Shown: piece after piece, positions 9,331 through 18,004 of the stretch
How positions within the stretch are numbered: the first letter of the stretch is position 1
How the letters are laid out: each line of letters opens with the position of its first letter
Source: Eubacteriales bacterium
GTDB lineage: Bacteria > Bacillota > Clostridia > Oscillospirales > CAG-272
Assembly (NCBI GenBank): GCA_045580165.1
Contig: JAZNNG010000046.1
Location: forward strand, 831-64,830
Reading direction: 5' to 3'
Length of the DNA stretch: 64,000 nucleotides
Notes under the pieces: generated by a model
The model's database searches: none
Seen by the model: the letters and a program-made list of their open reading frames with translations, nothing else
What the model was told of the DNA's origin: nothing
Made by a program: the position numbers and the translations under genes

Positions 9331-10116
9331 TTACATCAAATTAGCCTTGATGTATTCAGCGCTGCTTTCAACTGCCTTAAACGCGTTGGAGCCCGGCCAC
9401 TTGGGACTTACCCAGTTTGCATCCTGCTCAACAACGTAGTACTTAACTCCGCACTTTTCCGCGGTCTCAACGGCACCCTTGAAGTTGATGTTACCGTCAC
9501 CGACGGAGGTGATGAACGGACCGTCCTTGCCGACTGCCATATCCTTGAGGTGAAGGATATCGATTCTGCCTGCGAGCTTTTCGATCCACGCTCTGACGTC
9601 TCCGCCGCCGTGCTGTACCCAATACGTGTCAAGCACGAAAGAGGTCTTTACGGGATCAAGCTTGTCAACGAGAATATCCATCATAGTGAGGTCTCCGTCA
9701 ACCTTCTTGAACTCGAAGCTGTGGTGGTGATACGTGAACTTGAAGCCTTCCTTGTTGATGATCTCGGCAAACTTGTTAGCCTTTTCGCAGAAATCTCTAA
9801 CGGTGTCGCCGTTTTCGCGGGCCCAGGCAGGCATTCCTCCGATACCGATGTTGGTGGTACCGAGGATCTCATGCTCACGCATAGTCTTGTCGGGGTCTGC
9901 CATCATATCGTCAAGACTGCCGTGATGTGTTCCGACGATGGTGATGCCGTTGTCCTTAGCAAGCTTTGCGTAGGTAGGAATGTCAACTGCGTAACCGGCG
10001 GTCTGACCCTCGTCGTAGCCGATCTCCTTAAGTCTTTTGAACGTGTAGTCGAGGATGTGCTCATCTCTCATAAAATCACGAACGGTGTAGAGCTGAAGTC
10101 CGAGTTTTTTAATCAT
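9331..10116 (-). CDS. sugar phosphate isomerase/epimerase (AP endonuclease 2 TIM barrel)
   Basis: GLQLYTVRD, YHHHSFEF, LDTYW, LHLKD, VEQD metal motifs. Confidence 0.9.
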   Translation of the reverse strand: MIKKLGLQLYTVRDFMRDEHILDYTFKRLKEIGYDEGQTAGYAVDIPTYAKLAKDNGITIVGTHHGSLDDMMADPDKTMREHEILGTTNIGIGGMPAWARENGDTVRDFCEKANKFAEIINKEGFKFTYHHHSFEFKKVDGDLTMMDILVDKLDPVKTSFVLDTYWVQHGGGDVRAWIEKLAGRIDILHLKDMAVGKDGPFITSVGDGNINFKGAVETAEKCGVKYYVVEQDANWVSPKWPGSNAFKAVESSAEYIKANLM

Positions 10117-10194
10117 TTTGTATTCCTCCTGAAATAGAAAAATATCCCAAAATCATTTTATCATACATACACTTCAAAATCAATAGTTTTAGTA

Positions 10195-10230
10195 AAAAAG
10201 CCGCGTGCGGAATATCCGCACGCGGTAAAA
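10195..10230 (-). terminator. terminator of SASP gene
   Basis: ccgcgtgcgga-at-atccgcacgcgg stem with T-run on the minus strand. Confidence 0.75.
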
Positions 10231-10244
10231 GTCAAGAAATAAAA

Positions 10245-10445
10245 TTACTTGGTTGTCTTGATTTCGTTTTCGTACTTTTCAACCATCTTCTTAACCATCT
10301 GGCCACCGATAGAACCGGCCTGACGGGAAGTGAGATCGCCGTTGTAGCCCTGCTTGAGGTTTACGCCAACCTCAGTTGCAGCTTCCATCTTAAACTTGTC
10401 AAGAGCTTCCTTTGCTTCGGGAACGAGTGCCTTATTGCTAGACAT
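10245..10445 (-). CDS. alpha/beta-type small acid-soluble spore protein
   Basis: LVPEAKEALDKFKMEAATEVGV...LTSRQAGSIGGQMVKKMV signature. Confidence 0.95.
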   Translation of the reverse strand: MSSNKALVPEAKEALDKFKMEAATEVGVNLKQGYNGDLTSRQAGSIGGQMVKKMVEKYENEIKTTK

Positions 10446-10581
10446 AATAATTCTCCTTTAGAATGAAACGTTCGTTAAAATCTATATTTTCGACTAACCG
10501 CATAAAGAAGTCTTCCGACAAATTCTCATCAGTCACTTTCGCGGCTCGTCTGATAAGTGAGCCGCTTTGCGACTCTGTTAT

Positions 10582-10610
10582 TATTATTGACCGAAGACGT
10601 CGTATTATTC
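10582..10610 (-). promoter_or_regulatory. possible sigma-G/F-type promoter for the SASP gene
   Basis: GAATA-17 bp-AATAATA on the minus strand resembles the forespore promoter consensus. Confidence 0.4.
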
Positions 10611-10753
10611 CGGGAATTTTTGGTTTTATTCTTTTTTATTCACCAAAGAATAAAACTTTCTTCGCGGTTTTTGTGAACTTTTATCGTCGTGATGTTATTA
10701 TGCTTCACAGACAAGCGTTTATTACTGTAAAATTTTGAAAAAGCAAATGAAAC

Positions 10754-10960
10754 TTATACGCCCGAGAAAAAGATTTGAACCAGATCATCACCGCTTAACT
10801 CGAGCCGTGACTTCAGCTTACTTATTTCCGTACAGGTGAAGTCACTCTTGCCTGACAGCTTTCGGTAAACCGAGGTTTTGCTGAGTCCAAGTGCTTCTGC
10901 AAGCTCGGCAGTGTTGCAATTTTTATATGCGAGTTTACTCATCAGTTTTCTTATGTTCAT
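10754..10960 (-). CDS. Cro/XRE-like HTH protein (phage-type)
   Basis: ELAEALGLSKTSVYRKLSGKSDFTCTEI; AAGGAG RBS; TTGACA-17-TATACT promoter at 11031-11059. Confidence 0.85.
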   Translation of the reverse strand: MNIRKLMSKLAYKNCNTAELAEALGLSKTSVYRKLSGKSDFTCTEISKLKSRLELSGDDLVQIFFSGV

Positions 10961-11245
10961 TTAATTCTCCTTTTGTCTGACAATGTTGTTTTTTGCAAAG
11001 CGAAAATAAATTTCGTATATTGTGGAAATCAGTATAACGCAAATTTCGCTTTTTGTCAACACCCTTGACTGAAAATATGCAAAAATGCAACTATTTTTGC
11101 AAAAATGCAACTTTTGTAACGATTTTTCACTTTTTGCATCAAAAGTATTGACAAAACCTAAGTTTCACCTCATAATGTACCTGCTCAGCCGGCACGAGCA
11201 AATTGACAACAGTAAGAAGATATGATAATATGAAGGAGGGCTTAG

Positions 11246-11718
11246 ATGTCAAACAGATGTCGACGTTGTAACAGAAAATTGTCAAATGCTGATGCACTAT
11301 ACGGATGGCGGTGTGCCGAAATATTGGGCATAGCTGAAACTGCATCAAAGCTCTTGTTGCTTTAGGTGCAAAAGAAGACCTCTCTAAAATTGCAGCACAT
11401 TACGAATCCGATGGACAAATGCTTGGCGGCGCTTGGGGAACAAATCCCTATGCTATTGAAAGATATTTCAAACAAAAAGAGTATGAAGTAAGCCGAGTAG
11501 AAGGGGACGATATTATTAACAACAAAACGCCCGATGCAGATGCTTATGTGCTTTCGTTTTGGAATTCTGACAAGGTGAATGATGCACTGCATACTGTTGC
11601 GATAAGAAAGACTGAAATAGGCAAATATGTTTTGTATAATTACAAGGGTGAAAATAAAAGGCAGCAGAATGCAGATAGTTTACAATCGTTTTTTGAAAAA
11701 ACGATGATCAGCCTATAG
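11246..11718 (+). pseudogene. internally deleted/frameshifted gene: N-terminal Cys-rich motif fused out of frame to a C39-like papain-fold fragment
   Basis: Promoter-like TTGACA..GATAAT and AGGAGG before ATG 11246 (MSNRCRRCNRKLS..YGWRC, stop 11365); second frame ALVALG..IAAHYE..GAWGTNPY..HTVA..YN lacks the catalytic Cys segment. Confidence 0.55.
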
Positions 11719-11756
11719 TATTATTTGCGATAAACGAAAAATGAAAGGAATATGTT

Positions 11757-12245
11757 GTGAGGATTAAAGTTTGGTCATTGGTTATAGTGTCGATTCTTTG
11801 TTTATTGTGCTTGAGCTCTTGCGAATCTCATAGTGATGTGCGCCCAAGCATTGATCCAAATGAAGTTTGGGTATGCGAATATCCGTTTGCTTACTTTAAG
11901 TTTGATGAAGAAACCATGGATTTTCCAGGCAAACTCATATATAATGACAAAGAATATGATTTTTTTGAATCAGCAAGTACCGGAACAGAGGTAGAGTTTT
12001 TTAAACCTGAAGCATATAAAGGGGATGATATCTTTGCCTATCCCGAATATACTTATCTGTTTGGCTTCGCAGACTATCAAGACGGATATTTCATATATTC
12101 TATAGAAAACGACTATGACAATATCTTCAACGGCGAAGTTACCGAAATGCTTTTCACAAAATACACGGTAGCCGAATTTGAAGAAAAGTTCGGCGAGCTC
12201 AGACTTGACGCAAAATTCCCCGAATTTGATGGCGAGCCTGAGTAA
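11757..12245 (+). CDS. acidic lipoprotein, possible immunity protein
   Basis: Lipobox LSSC; follows toxin-like remnant; lower GC. Confidence 0.6.
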   Translation: MRIKVWSLVIVSILCLLCLSSCESHSDVRPSIDPNEVWVCEYPFAYFKFDEETMDFPGKLIYNDKEYDFFESASTGTEVEFFKPEAYKGDDIFAYPEYTYLFGFADYQDGYFIYSIENDYDNIFNGEVTEMLFTKYTVAEFEEKFGELRLDAKFPEFDGEPE

Positions 12246-12260
12246 TTCCATTAACAAAAC

Positions 12261-12298
12261 AGCCCTCGGCGGATGCTTTGGCGTCCGCCGAGGGTTTT
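12261..12298. terminator. bidirectional terminator
   Basis: ccctcggcggatgc-tttg-gcgtccgccgaggg between convergent genes. Confidence 0.8.
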
Positions 12299-12302
12299 CT
12301 TT

Positions 12303-13115
12303 TTATTTTACAAGCTTTTCTCTTGCGTCTTTTTCTGCGTCCCAATTTTTGTTGTAGGACAAAAGCACAGACATTACACCCGAGTCAACGGTAAGCTCGC
12401 TTCCGCTGATGGTTTTTGCCTGATCTGAACACAGGAAGTATGCGGAGTTGGCTATGTCTTCGGGATATGATTCTATACCGACAGGCCAGTTTGCGCGCTT
12501 CTTTTCGTAATCCTCGGGAGTATAATCGACCCAACGGTCATTATACACCGCACCGACTATTATGACGTTACTGCGTATACCGAACTTGCCGAGCTCGTAG
12601 CACATATTTCTGTTCATAACGTCGATCGCGCCCTTTGAGGATGCGTAGGTTATTCTGTTTGGAATAGCGCCCTTACTGTGAACCGAGCCGATGAGAACAA
12701 TGCTTCCCCCTCTGCCGCCCTCTATCATAAGCTTTGCCGCCTCCTGACAGCAGAAAAAGTATCCTCTTGCGTTACTGTTCATAACGTGGTCATACTGCTC
12801 GGGGGTTGTAGACAGAATGCTCTGGTTGTATCCGGGATCGGCGGCGTTTGTTACAAGGGAATCGATTCGTCCGAAGTCGTCTTTTACCTGTACAAACACC
12901 TCGTGGATGCTATCGGGGTCTTCGGTTATCATTGCATAACCGCGTGCGGTGATGCTCGGGTATTCCGCCATAATTTCAGAGGCGGCTTTTTGGGCGGCGT
13001 CTTTCTTTCTGCTTGTGATGCAGACGTCGTAGCCCTCCTTGGCGAAGCGCTTTGCAATTGCAAAGCCGATGTTACGGGTCGCACCGGTAATTAAAACTAC
13101 GGGATTACTGTTCAT
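12303..13115 (-). CDS. SDR family oxidoreductase
   Basis: TGATRNIG, NA, YASSK catalytic motif. Confidence 0.92.
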   Translation of the reverse strand: MNSNPVVLITGATRNIGFAIAKRFAKEGYDVCITSRKKDAAQKAASEIMAEYPSITARGYAMITEDPDSIHEVFVQVKDDFGRIDSLVTNAADPGYNQSILSTTPEQYDHVMNSNARGYFFCCQEAAKLMIEGGRGGSIVLIGSVHSKGAIPNRITYASSKGAIDVMNRNMCYELGKFGIRSNVIIVGAVYNDRWVDYTPEDYEKKRANWPVGIESYPEDIANSAYFLCSDQAKTISGSELTVDSGVMSVLLSYNKNWDAEKDAREKLVK

Positions 13116-13128
13116 TTGAAAGTCCTCC

Positions 13129-13776
13129 TTAAAGTCTGCTTATGGCATCGACGTGTGCACGGGCAAGCTCTCTGATGCCATCGTAATTTTCACTCTCAAC
13201 GTATTCCTTCGTCAGAATAGTTATTCCCGTACCGAACGCCTTTGCTCCTGCTTCGTAGAAATCCGATATAGTCTGCGGATTGACCCCGCCCGTTGCCATA
13301 AGCGGAATATGTGAAAGAGGAGCGCTGATATTTTTGATGTAGTGTAAGCCGAGATCGTCGGCAGGGAAGAGCTTTACGATATGCGCTCCCCACGAGTACG
13401 CCTGCTCGATCTCCGTCGGTGTCATAGCGCCGGGGATGGAGATCAGACCGAGCTTGACAGTTTCCTTGATGACCGCTTCGTTTACGTTCGGTGAAATAAT
13501 GTACTTCGCACCCGCCTCATACGCGGCGTGGACCTGATCAATATTAAGCACCGTACCTGCGCCGATTATAGCTCTGCCGTTAGCGGTCTTGACTATGGTT
13601 TCAATGCAAAGCTTATTTTTGGCTATGCAGTCGGGGTCTGACTGGTCGAACGTGCTCTCTATAAATCTGACTCCGCCCTCAATTACGGTCTCTACACATT
13701 TTGCGACCTTTTCCTGAGGAAGTCTGCGTACTATCAATACGAGCTTTTTTTCAAGTAATTCATTCAAAATATCCAT
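13129..13776 (-). CDS. Eda-family 2-keto-3-deoxy-(phospho)aldonate aldolase
   Basis: GAGTV, YIISP, VKLFPA, ATGGV; TAATG overlap with upstream dehydratase. Confidence 0.88.
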   Translation of the reverse strand: MDILNELLEKKLVLIVRRLPQEKVAKCVETVIEGGVRFIESTFDQSDPDCIAKNKLCIETIVKTANGRAIIGAGTVLNIDQVHAAYEAGAKYIISPNVNEAVIKETVKLGLISIPGAMTPTEIEQAYSWGAHIVKLFPADDLGLHYIKNISAPLSHIPLMATGGVNPQTISDFYEAGAKAFGTGITILTKEYVESENYDGIRELARAHVDAISRL

Positions 13777-15431
13777 TATAACCAAGTAGCTCCTTTCGCG
13801 GTTGACGATACGTTTCTTGCAAACAAACGTAAGAACGGTTTGAATTTTTCTTCTTGAAGCTTCCAGTCGACCTTTGAAAGTCTTTCCGTAATTTCTTCGT
13901 CCGTCAAATTAATGTTTATCTTTCTGTTCGGCACGTCGATCGAGATCATATCTCCGTTTTTAACAACTGCGAGAGGGCCCTTGATAGCAGCCTCGGGAGC
14001 AACGTATCCGATGCTGAGTCCGCTTGAGCCGCCTGAGAATCTTCCGTCTGTCACTATTGCCACCTTGTCGCAAATATCCATTCCCGCGAGCTCCTTCTGG
14101 AACGCAAATGCAGTTGTACCGAAACGTCCCTTCGGACCGAGGTAGTTTATAACTACGACGTCGCCTGCCTTGATATCACCGCTTCTGAGAGCCGCGATTG
14201 CGTCGTCGACCTCGGAAAATACCTTTGCCGCACCTTCAAATTTCATCATACTCTCGGGAACTGCGGCAGTTTTTAATATTGCGCCCTCGGGTGCGAGATT
14301 TCCGAGAAGCACCGAGATACCGCCGTCATCGGACACGGGAGCGTCGAGGGTGTGAATGACCTTGTCGTCATATATCGGGGCGTCCTTATAGTTTTCGGCA
14401 AGCGTCTTGCCGTTGATGGTTTTACAGTCCGAATGAAGAAGGGGAAGAAGAACGTTCATAAGCGCCTTCATACCGCCTGCGCGTTCAAAGTCGTTGAAAT
14501 AGTAGGGACCGTTCGGGGCAATTTCGGTAACAAGCGGAATTTTATGTGACATTTCGTCAAAGAAGCTCCACCAGTCTCTGTCGATACCTGCCTCGTGCGC
14601 GATTGCGGGAATGTGGAGTAAAAGGTTTGTCGAGCCCGCGATGGCGATATCTGTGATGATCGCGTTTTCGATAGCCTCCAGTGTGATGATATCACGCGCG
14701 GTTATATCGTTCTTGACCATATCCATAACGTATTTTCCCGCCTCGTAAGCCATAGCTCCGAGACGCTTGTCGGTCGCGTTTACAGTCGCATTGCCGGGCA
14801 CGGTCATACCGAGCGCTTCTGCTATACAGCACATACTGTTAGCGGTTGTCATAGAGCCGCACGCGCCCTGTCCTGCGTGAGCGCAGTATACCATATCGTC
14901 AAATTCCTCACGGGACACCTTGTTCTGCATAACCTTGCCGACGGTAGAGGAGACCTTGGTAAGGCCGATCTCCTTGCCCTGATAGAAGCAAAGCGGCATA
15001 TAACCGCCCGTTACCACAACTGTCGGAATATTAAGTCTTGCCGCCGCCATAAGCTGACCGGGAACGATGGAGTCACAGGTGCCGAGAAGCACCATTCCGT
15101 CAAACATATTTGCCTCGACGTTAAGCTCGATCTCGTCTGCGATGAGGTTACGACTCGGAAGCTCTATGTATCTGGGGTCCTTTAATACCATACCGTCGCA
15201 GATACCCGTTGTGGTAAGCTCAAAGGGCAGACCGCCCGCCTCTCGCACACCGTCCTTGACTCTCTGGGCTATCTCCTTCAGATGAACGTGCCCGGGATTG
15301 TACTCGTTCCAGGAATTGACGACCGCGATGTAAGGCTTCTTGACCTCCTCCTTCGTGTATCCCATACCGTAAAGAATACCGTCGCGCTTTACGCTTCCGA
15401 TACCGAATTCCCATTTACTTCTTTCAAACAT
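13776..15431 (-). CDS. IlvD/Edd family dehydratase (variant)
   Basis: NPGH, ICDG, TCDS, GACGSMTTANSM, GNLAPEG, TDGRFSG. Confidence 0.9.
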   Translation of the reverse strand: MFERSKWEFGIGSVKRDGILYGMGYTKEEVKKPYIAVVNSWNEYNPGHVHLKEIAQRVKDGVREAGGLPFELTTTGICDGMVLKDPRYIELPSRNLIADEIELNVEANMFDGMVLLGTCDSIVPGQLMAAARLNIPTVVVTGGYMPLCFYQGKEIGLTKVSSTVGKVMQNKVSREEFDDMVYCAHAGQGACGSMTTANSMCCIAEALGMTVPGNATVNATDKRLGAMAYEAGKYVMDMVKNDITARDIITLEAIENAIITDIAIAGSTNLLLHIPAIAHEAGIDRDWWSFFDEMSHKIPLVTEIAPNGPYYFNDFERAGGMKALMNVLLPLLHSDCKTINGKTLAENYKDAPIYDDKVIHTLDAPVSDDGGISVLLGNLAPEGAILKTAAVPESMMKFEGAAKVFSEVDDAIAALRSGDIKAGDVVVINYLGPKGRFGTTAFAFQKELAGMDICDKVAIVTDGRFSGGSSGLSIGYVAPEAAIKGPLAVVKNGDMISIDVPNRKININLTDEEITERLSKVDWKLQEEKFKPFLRLFARNVSSTAKGATWL

Positions 15432-15435
15432 ATTT

Positions 15436-16608
15436 TTACCTTCTTTCTATAAAGCCGTACGTGCTTTTAGCTACCATTAGTTCTTCGTCAACAGGTGTTA
15501 CAAAAACCTTAACCTTGGAATTTTCGGTTGAAATAAGCATCGGCTCGGACCCGAGCTTTTCTCTCATTTTTGCATCGTCAAGCTCGACGCCGAGGAAAGC
15601 GAGTCTTTCGCAGATCGCCTTTTTGACGGGAATACTGTTTTCGCCGATTCCGCCCGAAAAGCTTATTGCGTCAATTCCGCCGAGAGCCGCGAGGAACGAG
15701 CAGATATACTTTGCGGTGTTGTAGGTGTAAGATTTCATAACGGTGCCGTTCTCGTCCTTTTCAACAACACGCATATCGTTGCTTCCACTCATACCGAGCA
15801 GTCCGCACTTGGTGCTGAGGAATTCTCTCATTTCGTCACAGCTCATATTTTCCTTTTTCATAAGGTAGAGTATTGCGAACACGTCAATATCTCCGCAGCG
15901 GTTGTTCATAGGGATACCGCTTTGAGGAGAGAAGCCCATACTTGTGTCGATCGACTTGCCGTCCTTTATGGCACATACCGACGAGCTGCCTCCGAGATGG
16001 ACCGAAATAATGTTTTTAGCACCGAGAGCCGTAAGCCTGTACGTGGCATAGCTATGTGCCGCGCCGTGAAAGCCGTACTTACGGATGCCGTATTTTTCAG
16101 CAGTTTCCTTGTCGATGGGATATATTGCCGCGTAGTCGGGAATAGTGTTGTGGAACGCGGTTTCAAACGCTCCGACCGTAACTATGGCGGGGAAAAGCTC
16201 GTGAACGCTTTTTACAGCCTCTATGTACGGTGTGTTGTGCGCGGGAGCGACAAAGCTTAACTCCTCAAGCCTTTCGAGCACATTATCGTCTATAATACAC
16301 GGGTAATTCATATCGCCGCCCACGACGGTTTTGAAGCCGATTCCGTCAACGGCGCTCTTGCCGCCCTCGCACTTTTCGTCGATGAGGGCGAAAACGCGCT
16401 CAAGGCAGGGCTTATAGCCCGAGGACGCATCTAAAAATCCCGACTGCTTTTCTCCGTTAACTTCAAAAACATAGTCGCTTTTGTCGGTGAAGACCGAGCC
16501 GATCTTTCCGCTTGCGATAAGTGCTTCGGTGTCCATATCGTAGTATTTGAACTTGAACGACGTGCTTCCTATATTTAATACGAGAATATTACAAGCCATA
16601 TTTTTCAC
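15436..16608 (-). CDS. acetate/propionate kinase family protein (variant)
   Basis: LNIGSTSFKF, APAHN, RKYGFHG, HLG, SMGFSP, GGIGENS, DEELMVA. Confidence 0.9.
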   Translation of the reverse strand: MKNMACNILVLNIGSTSFKFKYYDMDTEALIASGKIGSVFTDKSDYVFEVNGEKQSGFLDASSGYKPCLERVFALIDEKCEGGKSAVDGIGFKTVVGGDMNYPCIIDDNVLERLEELSFVAPAHNTPYIEAVKSVHELFPAIVTVGAFETAFHNTIPDYAAIYPIDKETAEKYGIRKYGFHGAAHSYATYRLTALGAKNIISVHLGGSSSVCAIKDGKSIDTSMGFSPQSGIPMNNRCGDIDVFAILYLMKKENMSCDEMREFLSTKCGLLGMSGSNDMRVVEKDENGTVMKSYTYNTAKYICSFLAALGGIDAISFSGGIGENSIPVKKAICERLAFLGVELDDAKMREKLGSEPMLISTENSKVKVFVTPVDEELMVAKSTYGFIERR

Positions 16609-18004
16609 CGTAAGCTATAAGAGCTTTTTCGAAGCATTCGAGGGGAACTCTTGCAATGCCTGCGCCCAGACGTCTGCCCGTGGTGGAGATCATACCGCCG
16701 TGGATGACGGGCTCGATTCCCGTTTCGATAACCTTTCTGATGTCGATTCCCGTAGGCGTGCCCTTGTAGTTGAGGGCGGGGATAAGGTAGTTCGCGTTTT
16801 CCGTAACCGTAATTTCCGACATTTCAAGAGTCTGCTCGATGCCGTCTTTCATTGTCTTGTCGAGCGAACGCATTACCGCGGGGGCAGCAGCCGCCGCAAA
16901 GCCGCCGAGACCCGTTGCCTCGAGAATACAGCTGTCGCCGATCCACGGCAGAACCTCGTCGTCGTTAACGTCTGCGGCAACGTACTCGCCCGTAAGCTTT
17001 GGTGACGGAGCGCAGTACCAAGCGGTGCCGAGACCGCTTACCTTGATTGCGTAGTCAACGCCGTTTCCGACCATTGATGTGACGATGGTCGAATAGTCTA
17101 CCTTTCGGATAGCCTCAAGGAGAGCCATAGCCGAAGCCATACCAAGCGGATGGAAAAATCTTACGGTTCCGTAGAGGAGATCCACGCATTTCTTTCTCTC
17201 GTCGTTCGTGATATCCGCCTCAAAGAGCATTTTCATAAGCTCGTTTCCGGCAATAAGACCCGTTGCATCCTGCCTTGAATGAAGCTCGTCACCCATTTCC
17301 ACGCCTCTTGTGAAGATCTTGCGCATAGCCATACCGCCGTTTGCTTCAAGGACCTTGGTCATAGCGGGTGCGATCACGTCATGTACCATATTAAGATGCT
17401 GTCTTATATTTTCGTTGAAAACTCCCCAGCCTGCAAGACCGCCTCTGTTGGGACCCTCAAACGGAGGGCAAAAGCCTCTGAAGCCCGTATTTCTGTCCTC
17501 AACGATGTTTACCGCCATAGAAGGAGTTGTGATGCCCGAGCCGGGACCGACTAAGTGGTAGTCGTTTGATGAAACGAATCTGATCTCACCCCTCTCAAGC
17601 ATTCTTCTTGCTTCTTCCTCGTCCTTGGCGTAGCCCTCGAACATAACTCCGTTGATGCCGCCCTGCTGCTGTGTCGCGCACATTCTTTCCCACGGAATAT
17701 CGGGACCGGAGTGCAGTATCATTCCGTCCTCAACGCCGGGAACACATTCCTTTGCAGGCTTTACGCCTATCCAATAGGGGTCTGTATTGTTGAATATGTC
17801 TATAACCTTGTTGTTGGCTTCTTCGATTTTGAGTCCGAAGTCGGAATAGAGAGTTTTTTCGAGGATTTCCTTCGCTCTGTCGGAAATCACGGTCTTTTTG
17901 CCGGGCTTCCAGTTGATATGCTCGGCAGGAACGCCCTGAGCCTTGATCGCGTCGGCGAAAACGTCCGTTCCTACGTTTATAACGCTTATTTTATCGTTTA
18001 ACAT
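16589..18004 (-). CDS. DUF1116 family protein (YlbE/AllG, YahG-like)
   Basis: ILHSGP, MGDELHSR, GNG, IGDSCILE..GLGG, PTGIDIRKV, GAG motifs; adjacent to FdrA. Confidence 0.9.
   Translation of the reverse strand: MLNDKISVINVGTDVFADAIKAQGVPAEHINWKPGKKTVISDRAKEILEKTLYSDFGLKIEEANNKVIDIFNNTDPYWIGVKPAKECVPGVEDGMILHSGPDIPWERMCATQQQGGINGVMFEGYAKDEEEARRMLERGEIRFVSSNDYHLVGPGSGITTPSMAVNIVEDRNTGFRGFCPPFEGPNRGGLAGWGVFNENIRQHLNMVHDVIAPAMTKVLEANGGMAMRKIFTRGVEMGDELHSRQDATGLIAGNELMKMLFEADITNDERKKCVDLLYGTVRFFHPLGMASAMALLEAIRKVDYSTIVTSMVGNGVDYAIKVSGLGTAWYCAPSPKLTGEYVAADVNDDEVLPWIGDSCILEATGLGGFAAAAAPAVMRSLDKTMKDGIEQTLEMSEITVTENANYLIPALNYKGTPTGIDIRKVIETGIEPVIHGGMISTTGRRLGAGIARVPLECFEKALIAYGEKYGL

Noticed and set aside
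10463-10738. 91-aa ORF upstream of the SASP gene
   Set aside because: No convincing RBS, and it overlaps the SASP leader/promoter on the opposite strand
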